Source of the DNA: Dehalococcoidia bacterium
Lineage (GTDB): Bacteria; Chloroflexota; Dehalococcoidia; Lucifugimonadales; Australimonadaceae
Direction of reading: 5' to 3'
DNA: 64,000 bases
NCBI GenBank assembly: GCA_965220655.1
Contig: CBDCQO010000007.1
Coordinates: 15,356 to 79,355, forward strand
This document shows positions 55,522-62,749 of this stretch, one piece after another. The notes below the pieces were generated by a model. It saw only the letters and a program-made list of their open reading frames with translations, had not been told where the DNA came from and made no database searches. A program made the translations under genes and the position numbers. Position 1 is the stretch's first letter; every line of letters begins with the position of its first letter.

Positions 55522-56757
55522 TTAGCGCAGCCTCCCCGGCTCCTCCCGGACGTCGCGCCCGATGCCGAGCCGCCGCGCGATGATGACCCGCTGGATCTCG
55601 GCGGTGCCGCCGGGGTGCTGGTCGACGATGGCGCCGCGCTGGTGCACCTCGACGTGGCCGTCGGCGACGGCCCACTCGTCGGGCGCTTCGACGAGCGCTT
55701 GCGGGCCCATGACGTCGAGCACGGCACGCGCCTTGGAGAGTTGGCCGCGCTTCTGGTAGAGGTACGCCTGCGCGCCCTCGTAGGTGAGCTGCTGCCCCTG
55801 GCCGCGCCAGGCGTAGTTGCGGAAGTGCAGCAGACGCGTCACCTCAGCGTCGACGTAGAAGTCGACGAGGCGGTCGCGCACGTCCTGGTCCTCGAGGAGC
55901 GGCCTGCCGCCGCGCTTCGCGTTGCGGGCGTAGTCGAACACGCGCTCGGTGAGCGGGTCGTCGCGGACGGCGCTGCGGAGCAGCCCGTGCTCGATCTCCA
56001 GGTGCGTCCCCGCGACCTTCCAGCCGTTGCCCTCGCCGCCGACGAGGTTGAACGCGGGCACGCGGACGTTGTCGAAGTAGACCGTGTTCTTGATGCCGCT
56101 CGCGGCCCCGCGCTCGCCGCCGACGAAGAGCAGGTCCATCTGCTCGACGGTGATGCCGGGCAGGTCCATCGGCATCATCAGCCAGCCGAGGTTCTCGTGG
56201 CGCGGCGCGTCCGGGTCGGTGACGACGATCATCCACGAGTATTCGGCGCCGTGGCTGCTGCCGACGAATATCTTGGTGCCGTTGACGACGTACTCGTCGC
56301 CGTCGCGGATGGCCGTCGTGCGGACGCTTGCGAGGTCGGAGCCGGACTCGGGCTCGGTGAGCAGCTGCCAGGTGCGTATCTCGCCGCGCAGGATCATCGG
56401 GAGGAAGTGGGCCTTCTGCTCCTCAGTGCCCCAGACGAGGATGGCGACGCCGCCGAGCTTGCCGCCCGTGTCGTAGTAGGGCGGGAGCGGCATGTTGTAG
56501 CGGTCGAGCTCCTCCTCCAGCGCCATGGCGAGCTCCATGGAGAGGCCGCCTCCGCCGTACTCGGCGGGCATCGTGGGATAGAGCCAGCCCTTCGCGCCCA
56601 GCCTGCGCCCGAACTCGCGCTGGAGTTCGTACTCCTCGCGGGTGAGGTTCGCCGGGTCCGGGTGGTCGGGGATGCTGGGGACGTTCGCCTCGATCCAGGC
56701 GCGCGCCTCTGCGCGGAACGCTTCCTGCTCAGGCGTCCATTCGAGTTCGAAGTCCAT
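55522..56757 (-). CDS. Acyl-CoA dehydrogenase family protein
   Basis: 411 aa. The C-terminal HPGGTAEIQRVIIARRLGI is close to the ACAD YEGTxxIQRxIIAR motif, but with Gly at the usual Glu position. Confidence 0.8.
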   Translation of the reverse strand: MDFELEWTPEQEAFRAEARAWIEANVPSIPDHPDPANLTREEYELQREFGRRLGAKGWLYPTMPAEYGGGGLSMELAMALEEELDRYNMPLPPYYDTGGKLGGVAILVWGTEEQKAHFLPMILRGEIRTWQLLTEPESGSDLASVRTTAIRDGDEYVVNGTKIFVGSSHGAEYSWMIVVTDPDAPRHENLGWLMMPMDLPGITVEQMDLLFVGGERGAASGIKNTVYFDNVRVPAFNLVGGEGNGWKVAGTHLEIEHGLLRSAVRDDPLTERVFDYARNAKRGGRPLLEDQDVRDRLVDFYVDAEVTRLLHFRNYAWRGQGQQLTYEGAQAYLYQKRGQLSKARAVLDVMGPQALVEAPDEWAVADGHVEVHQRGAIVDQHPGGTAEIQRVIIARRLGIGRDVREEPGRLR

Positions 56758-56823
56758 GGCAGGCGGATGTTAGCAGATGGCAGGTGTGGGAGAAGCCGCG
56801 GACCTCGCCTCTAGCGAACTCCC

Positions 56824-59800
56824 CTACAGCGTGATCTTCTTGTAGAGCTGCGGCAGGCGGCGGGGAAGTTCCATGATGTCCGGCAGCACCTCGTAGTTGA
56901 GGTCGCCGGTCATGGTGCGGAGGTAGTCGTGGCCGTTGCGGTCGACGGTGAGGCAGAAGGGCGTGATGTCCAGGTTGCGCGCCTCCATGAGGGCCATGCG
57001 CGTGTCCTGCACCGCGTACTCCTTCTCGACACCCTCGCGTGAGTACCCGCGGTCCTGCGGGCGGCCGTCGCTGATGACGAACATGAACTTGGTCTTGGCG
57101 TCCACGCCAGCGAGTTTGGAGGTCGCGTGGCGTATGGCCGGGCCCATGCGCGTCGCGTGGAGCGGGGCCACCTTGTCCATGCGGCGCTTCACGCGGTCAG
57201 AGAAGAGCTCCTCGACCTCCTTGATGACGTAGAACTCGACGTTCTCGCGTCCGAAGCCGGAGAAGCCGTAGACGCCGTAGCGGTCGCCGATGGTCTCCAG
57301 CGCATTCATCAGCAGCACCATCGACTCCTTCTCGACGTCGATGATGCGCTTGTAGGGACGGCGGGCGGTCTCGCCTCTGCGGGCGCGGAGCCACGCGGTG
57401 TAGGCGACCGGGTCGCCGGGCGCATTCCAATCGGACTCCCGTGAACTCTCCTCGACCGCTTCAGCGGTCGACGCGCTCATGTCCAGCAGGAAGACGACGG
57501 CGACGTCGCGCTCGTCCTTGTTGCGGCGCCAGTAGATGCGCTCGTCCGGCGTCATCTTGTTCCGCAGGTCGATGAGCGCCTCGATGCCGGCGTCGAGGTC
57601 GACGTCCTCACCCTCCGGCAGGCGCTTCACCTTGCGGTACATCTCCGGGCGGACGGACTCGAACTGGCGCCTGATCTGCTCGATGAGCCCGGCGTAGGAG
57701 TGCATCGTCTCGTTGTAGAAGGCGGTCTCGCCGGAGACGGCGAGGCGCTCCTGTACGATGCACCAGCGCGGGCGGTAGTCGTTGGCGCGGAAGTCCCACT
57801 CGTCGTAGGCGTAGGAGCGCGGCTCCAGGGCTTCGAGCGGCCCGCCTTCCTCGTCGACGTGCGGTATCTGGTTGTAGCCGGAGCCCGCGGGGTTCTGCGG
57901 AGCGTCCGCGCCCATCTCCTTCATCATGTTGGCAGCGACGGTGGTCACCTCGGCGTCGTCCGCGAAGTCGATCTCCGTGGACTCGCGCAGCGCCTGCTCG
58001 AGTTCTGCCTGCGATATCCCCTGCGCGCTCTCGGAGCCGTCTTCTTCGCCGGGCTCGGCCTGCCCCCGCATCTGGGCGAGCAGCTGCACCATCTCCGGCT
58101 TGAAGTCGCCCCGGTAGTCGACGTCGTCCGGCGATTCGTACTCGTCGCCCGACGCCTCTTCCTGCGCTTCCTCGGCCTCAGCGCGCAGGCGCTCGACTAT
58201 CTCTTCGAGCGTCGGTTCGTCGAAGCCGGCGTTGGAGAGGTCGACGTCTTCCCAGTCGTCCAGCGGCACGAATGCGTTGGGCACCTGGGAGAGCGTGTAG
58301 TACATGCGAAGCGCGGCCTCGGCGGAGTCCTCAACCGTGGCGTCGCGGTTGCGCACGCTGCGGAGCAGGCCGGCGAGCTGCCGCGCCTGTGCGGCGTAGG
58401 TGGAAGGGATGCGGGCGCTGCTCTGTCCGAGGCTCTGCCGGATGAGCATCTCCATGAGCGCCTGCTGGGCCGGCATCATCTCGATGGGGCCGCGCGAGGC
58501 GAGGGCGTCGTTCTGTACGCGTTCGTAGCTCGGCGCGAGTCCGCGGTACTGCTCCACGATGCGCTGGTCTATGCGGGCGCTTTCCGTGGTCGAGAAGAGG
58601 TCGGCCGCCATCGCGCGGACCGGGAAGAGGTCGAAGAACGAGGCGACTTCGGTCGTGCCCGGAGTCGCGCCGAGACCCTCCGCTATGCCCTCACGGTAGT
58701 CGTTGAACCCTGCCGAGGGCGCGTGGAAGTCGAAGTCGAAGCTCTGGAACTCCAGGTGCCCCACCTGGTGCGTGGTGACGACCTTGAGCCATGCGAAGTT
58801 CTCGCTCTTCGTGTCGCGCAGGTCGACCGTGGGGGGCAGGAAGACGCTCTTGCCGTCGGTCGTGGCGAACTCCACGGAGACCCAGCCGATGTTGCGGTGC
58901 GTGATGTCGGTCGATTCCTGCAGTTCGACCTCGGTGCCGGCGAGCGCGTTGGAGTACATGCGGAGGAGTCCGTGCACCTTCTCCAATTCGATGCTGGACG
59001 AGAGCTGGTCGAGCAGCGTTTCCGCGCGGGCGGACTCCAGCCGGAAGTAGGCGATGCCCGCGTCCGGGTTCTCCTTCAGGAACTCGAGGCCGCGCCCGAA
59101 CCAGGTGTCCAGCTGCGCGGGGCTGATGCGGTCGAGCACGTTGGGCGCGGTGCGCAGGAAGGCGCTGACGGCCTCGGCGGAGGTGTCGGCGAGGTCTTCG
59201 GCGCGCTCCAGCACCATCGTCTGCAGCTCCTGGGGGAGCAGCCCGAGCGACTGCGCGCTCTCCACCATGAAGGCGGAGACGTTGCCGAGCCCCTGGCGTG
59301 CGAGCCGTTCGCTGAGCGCGAAGTAGCGCGGGCGCAGGCGGCGGTCAACGCTGTTGCCGACACGGGTCGCGGCCTCGAACGAGCCGCGCACCTCGCGCCA
59401 GCTCGTCTCCGCGAGCACTTTGGCGAGTGAGATCAGCTCCTCGCGCTCGCTGACGGCGGGCAGCACGCGCTGCCCGAGCACGAGCGCCTCGGCGGCGAGG
59501 TCGTAGGAGCGGCTCGCGAGCGTCTGCACGAGTGAGACGAACAGCTGCAGCTCGTGGAAGTTGACCTGCTGCACGAGTTCGTCGCTCACGTCGAAGAAGC
59601 GCGCCGCGAGGCTGGACGATTTCCAGGTGCCCTTGGAGAGCCCGCGTCCGAGCCCGGCCCATCCGGCGATGTGGCGCGGGGCGAGGGTGGGGAGGACACG
59701 CGGGCTGGCGCGGAAGAACGACGCCGCGATGACGGGCGCCTCAGCGGTGAGTTCGATGCCGCTTTCGGCCCACCGCTCGAACTGGGTGAAGCCGATGGTC

Positions 59801-60015
59801 TGCACGACCTGCGGCGATGCCTTGAAGTACTCCGTGGCTGCTTCCCATGCGCGGGGGCCCTGCGATGCGATACGGACGCCCTGCTGCGCCCAGCGCAGGG
59901 CAGGAGCGGGGCCCAGTGCGTCGGCCACCTCGTCGGCGACCGCTTCGTAGGCGGAGATGAGAGCAGACGGGTGCTTCTTCAGCTCCTCGATGACGCTGTC
60001 GTGCTCGTTCGTCAC
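56824..60015 (-). CDS. CbbO/NorD-like von Willebrand factor A protein, unusually long (1063 aa)
   Basis: The GTG at 60015 lies 5 nt after GGAGAAGGAG and overlaps the Nudix stop as GTGA. The C-terminal VWA has a MIDAS motif (VVFLLDMSAST) and ISDGRPQD. The long helical N-terminal region resembles CbbO/NorD. The upstream 161 codons of ORF 56824..60498 are an out-of-frame artefact over the Nudix gene. Confidence 0.8.
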   Translation of the reverse strand: MTNEHDSVIEELKKHPSALISAYEAVADEVADALGPAPALRWAQQGVRIASQGPRAWEAATEYFKASPQVVQTIGFTQFERWAESGIELTAEAPVIAASFFRASPRVLPTLAPRHIAGWAGLGRGLSKGTWKSSSLAARFFDVSDELVQQVNFHELQLFVSLVQTLASRSYDLAAEALVLGQRVLPAVSEREELISLAKVLAETSWREVRGSFEAATRVGNSVDRRLRPRYFALSERLARQGLGNVSAFMVESAQSLGLLPQELQTMVLERAEDLADTSAEAVSAFLRTAPNVLDRISPAQLDTWFGRGLEFLKENPDAGIAYFRLESARAETLLDQLSSSIELEKVHGLLRMYSNALAGTEVELQESTDITHRNIGWVSVEFATTDGKSVFLPPTVDLRDTKSENFAWLKVVTTHQVGHLEFQSFDFDFHAPSAGFNDYREGIAEGLGATPGTTEVASFFDLFPVRAMAADLFSTTESARIDQRIVEQYRGLAPSYERVQNDALASRGPIEMMPAQQALMEMLIRQSLGQSSARIPSTYAAQARQLAGLLRSVRNRDATVEDSAEAALRMYYTLSQVPNAFVPLDDWEDVDLSNAGFDEPTLEEIVERLRAEAEEAQEEASGDEYESPDDVDYRGDFKPEMVQLLAQMRGQAEPGEEDGSESAQGISQAELEQALRESTEIDFADDAEVTTVAANMMKEMGADAPQNPAGSGYNQIPHVDEEGGPLEALEPRSYAYDEWDFRANDYRPRWCIVQERLAVSGETAFYNETMHSYAGLIEQIRRQFESVRPEMYRKVKRLPEGEDVDLDAGIEALIDLRNKMTPDERIYWRRNKDERDVAVVFLLDMSASTAEAVEESSRESDWNAPGDPVAYTAWLRARRGETARRPYKRIIDVEKESMVLLMNALETIGDRYGVYGFSGFGRENVEFYVIKEVEELFSDRVKRRMDKVAPLHATRMGPAIRHATSKLAGVDAKTKFMFVISDGRPQDRGYSREGVEKEYAVQDTRMALMEARNLDITPFCLTVDRNGHDYLRTMTGDLNYEVLPDIMELPRRLPQLYKKITL

Positions 60016-60659
60016 GCCGTCTCCTTCTCCTGCTCCGCATCTTCGGGGCGCAGGTCCCGCAGCAGGTCGAGCAGTTGCGCGAGGATCCAGGCCGTCGCGC
60101 CGAATACGAGGTTGGGGCCGTGCACGTACGCCTTGCGCTGCAGCAGGCTGCCGTCCGGCTGGAGCCTTGCCTCGTGGCGTTCCGCGGCGTCGGTCAGCAG
60201 ATGGTCGAGCGGTATCTCGATGATCTCGGCGACCTCGTTCTCGTCGACCTCGAACCGGTACGGATGCGGAATGACCCCGACCGTGGACCAGACGAGGTAG
60301 TCCGTTCGAGTAAGGACAGGTTCCAGCGAGCCGACGACGTCCACGTCCCCGGGGGCGATGCCCATCTCTTCGTGCGCCTCGCGCAGGGCGCAAGCGAGCA
60401 TGTCCGGGTCGGTCGGTTCGTACTTGCCGCCCGGGAAGGCGATCTCGCCCTGGTGCATGCCTACGAACTGCGAGCGCACGTTGAGGATGACGTGCCACTC
60501 GCCGTCGTGATAATGCAGCGGGATGAGGACGGCTGCAGGCCGCGCGCCGTCCGCGTTGGTCGGAGCGGAGGGCTCGTGGTCGGCGAGCGCCGCGCGCAGC
60601 GCCTCGATGCGGGAGGCTGCTTCCGCCGGTATAGGCGTTGTCTGCAAGGTGGCCGCCAT
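60012..60659 (-). CDS. Nudix hydrolase with a CoA-pyrophosphatase (NudL/NUDT7-type) signature
   Basis: The ATG at 60659 shares one base with the upstream TAA (TAATG). The Nudix box is GGKYEPTDPDMLACALREAHEEMGI. It is preceded by VRSQFVGMHQGEIAFPGG. Confidence 0.8.
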   Translation of the reverse strand: MAATLQTTPIPAEAASRIEALRAALADHEPSAPTNADGARPAAVLIPLHYHDGEWHVILNVRSQFVGMHQGEIAFPGGKYEPTDPDMLACALREAHEEMGIAPGDVDVVGSLEPVLTRTDYLVWSTVGVIPHPYRFEVDENEVAEIIEIPLDHLLTDAAERHEARLQPDGSLLQRKAYVHGPNLVFGATAWILAQLLDLLRDLRPEDAEQEKETA

Positions 60660-61528
60660 TACGGGAAGATGGAGGTCACGATCTCCATCACGCTCGCCTG
60701 CGTCTCGTGGTCGTCGGTAAGGCCCCACACGACGGCGACCTCACACGCCCTGCGCGGTGCGATGCCGTGTTCGATGAGCTTGCCGGCGTAGATGAGCAGG
60801 CGCGTGCTGACGCCTTCCTGCAGCCCCTGGCCGATGAGGTTGCGTATCTTCTCTCCGAGCAGCGCGAGCTGCTGGGCCGTGGTGCGGTCGACGCCGCTCT
60901 CGTGCTCGATGATTGGCCCTTCGAGGTCGCGCGGCGGGAAGTCGAACTCGATGGCGATGAAGCGCTGGCGCGTCGAGTGCTTCAGGTCTTTCAGCGCGCT
61001 CTGGTAGCCGGGGTTGTAGGAGATGACGAGCAGGAAGTTGGGGTGCGACTCCAGCACCTCGCCGATCTTCTCGATGTGCAGCAGGCGGCGGTGGTCGGAG
61101 AGCGGGTGGATGAGCACGGTAGTGTCCTTCCGCGCCTCGACGACCTCGTCGAGGTAGCAGATGCCGCCGTGCTTGACCGCACGGGTGAGGGGGCCGTCTA
61201 TCCAGCGCGTGCCTTCCGGTTCGAGCAGGTAGCGCCCGACGAGGTCGCTCGCGGTAAGGTCCTCGTGGCAGGCGACGGTGACGAGGGGCGACATCTGTTC
61301 GGCGCGCCCGTCGCGCTTGCGGGCCTGGTTCAGGCGCCACGACATGTACTCGACGAAACGCGTCTTGCCGGAGCCGGTCGGGCCCTTGAGGAGGATGGGG
61401 ACGCGCTGCGCGTAGGCCGCCTCGAAGATGTCGATCTCGTCGGCAACTTCGAGGTAGAAGGGTTCCTTATCGATGAAGTACTCTTCGATGTTGTGCTGCT
61501 GGTAAAGCTGGGTCGCCTGGTTTGCCAT
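60659..61528 (-). CDS. CbbQ/NirQ/NorQ-type MoxR AAA+ ATPase
   Basis: ATG at 61528 ([18 protein letters not shown]...). Walker A is [11 protein letters not shown] and Walker B is [25 protein letters not shown] segment is typical of CbbQ/NorQ. Confidence 0.85.
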   Translation of the reverse strand: MANQATQLYQQHNIEEYFIDKEPFYLEVADEIDIFEAAYAQRVPILLKGPTGSGKTRFVEYMSWRLNQARKRDGRAEQMSPLVTVACHEDLTASDLVGRYLLEPEGTRWIDGPLTRAVKHGGICYLDEVVEARKDTTVLIHPLSDHRRLLHIEKIGEVLESHPNFLLVISYNPGYQSALKDLKHSTRQRFIAIEFDFPPRDLEGPIIEHESGVDRTTAQQLALLGEKIRNLIGQGLQEGVSTRLLIYAGKLIEHGIAPRRACEVAVVWGLTDDHETQASVMEIVTSIFP

Positions 61529-61536
61529 GTGTCGCA

Positions 61537-62136
61537 CTACCTTACGGACAGGATTCTCTCTTCCCACAGTCCCTGAACGCGCGCCCGCAGGTCTTCCGGC
61601 GAACCCGAGTTCTCGATGATAGCGTCTGCCTTGCTCAGCGCGGCCTCGGCCCCGCTCTGCGCCTCCGCGCGCCGCCGCACGTCTTCGGGAGTCAGCCCCC
61701 GCTGCTGCAGGCGTTCCAGCACCGTTGCCGGGGGCGCGGAAACGACCCACACCTCGTCCGCGAGGTCGTCCCACTTCGCCTGGTAGAGGAGTGCTGCGTC
61801 GATGACGACGGCGTGCTCGCCGTTCTGCCGGTGCTGCTCGATCGCCCGTGCCACCTGCTGGCGGATGAGCGGGTGTATCGCGGCGTTCAGCCAGGCGAGC
61901 GCCTGGGGGTTGGCGAAAACGAGCTCCCCGAGCCGGGCGCGGTCTATCTCCTGGTCGTCGTTCAGTATGCCGCTGCTGAATATCTCGACGAGACGCCTCC
62001 AGCCGATGGTCCCTTTCGCGTAGGCGCGGTGTCCCTCTGCATCGGCGTCGATAACCACTGCGCCGAGGCTCGCAAGGATGCTCGCGGCCTCACTCTTGCC
62101 AGTGCCGATCCCGCCCGTCAGCCCGATGACCCGCAC
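61537..62136 (-). CDS. coaE: Dephospho-CoA kinase
   Basis: [14 protein letters not shown]-loop at the N-terminus. I chose the GTG at 62136. The ATG at 62181 is an alternative start. The stop lies 8 nt before the cbbQ-like start. Confidence 0.8.
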   Translation of the reverse strand: MRVIGLTGGIGTGKSEAASILASLGAVVIDADAEGHRAYAKGTIGWRRLVEIFSSGILNDDQEIDRARLGELVFANPQALAWLNAAIHPLIRQQVARAIEQHRQNGEHAVVIDAALLYQAKWDDLADEVWVVSAPPATVLERLQQRGLTPEDVRRRAEAQSGAEAALSKADAIIENSGSPEDLRARVQGLWEERILSVR

Positions 62137-62236
62137 GTTGCCCCGGAGCCTCCGTTTCCGCGCTGCACCCTCCCGGTGCATAGCGCAATGGCTGAGTTTA
62201 GCACGGAACACGAGAGCGGCATAGAAGGGGAGTGCT

Positions 62237-62506
62237 TTAAGGGAAGAAGCGGTAGATGTCGCTGCGATGTAGGAATCTGACCAGTACCACCACACTCCCT
62301 TGAACGGCGAGGCCGAGGCGGTAATCGCCTATCCTGATCCGGTAGTGAGGGTCTCCCGTAGCCGTGATCCTTGCGATGCCCGGGATTGCAGCAACGTTCG
62401 TTGCCGCTTCGATGCTTTCGGTCGTTCGCTCTACCCTGCGGCGTATGCTCGCGCTGCGAACACGTTTCAGATCGCGGATGAAGCTAGGCCTGGTCTCGGT
62501 CTCCAT
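62237..62506 (-). CDS. Type II toxin, RelE/ParE superfamily
   Basis: 89 aa. The C-terminal YRIRIGDYRLGLAVQGSVVVLVRFLHRSDIYR is the classic RelE/ParE pattern. Confidence 0.8.
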   Translation of the reverse strand: METETRPSFIRDLKRVRSASIRRRVERTTESIEAATNVAAIPGIARITATGDPHYRIRIGDYRLGLAVQGSVVVLVRFLHRSDIYRFFP

Positions 62507-62654
62507 CCTTCTCCCGCAGCACTTTCCTGGCCTCTTCTATGCTGACGGGCTCTTCCTTCAGCCCCTCTGCTATCGCCCGCGACAGGGCGGCATCTTCTGC
62601 TTCTACGCTGTCGTGTACCTGGTCTGCGTAAGCGGCCTTCTTTCGGAGTTCCAT
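62484..62654 (-). CDS. Putative cognate antitoxin (56 aa, acidic)
   Basis: ATG at 62654 preceded by GGAGGA. It overlaps the toxin start by 23 nt. I recognise no family. Confidence 0.55.
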   Translation of the reverse strand: MELRKKAAYADQVHDSVEAEDAALSRAIAEGLKEEPVSIEEARKVLREKDGDRDQA

Positions 62655-62749
62655 GCGGCTTCCTCCATTTGTATAGCCAGTGTAGCACGAGGGTAAGGCG
62701 AGAGACCCTCGCGCCACTCCCCGCACTGTCCCTGTAGAATCCGGGGAAG

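Noticed and set aside
60016-60498. N-terminal 161 codons of the 1224-aa ORF (56824..60498)
   Set aside because: This part is Arg/Gly/Pro-rich and overlaps the well-supported Nudix gene in another frame. A GTG at 60015 with GGAGAAGGAG upstream and a GTGA stop-start overlap gives a clean CbbO/NorD start.
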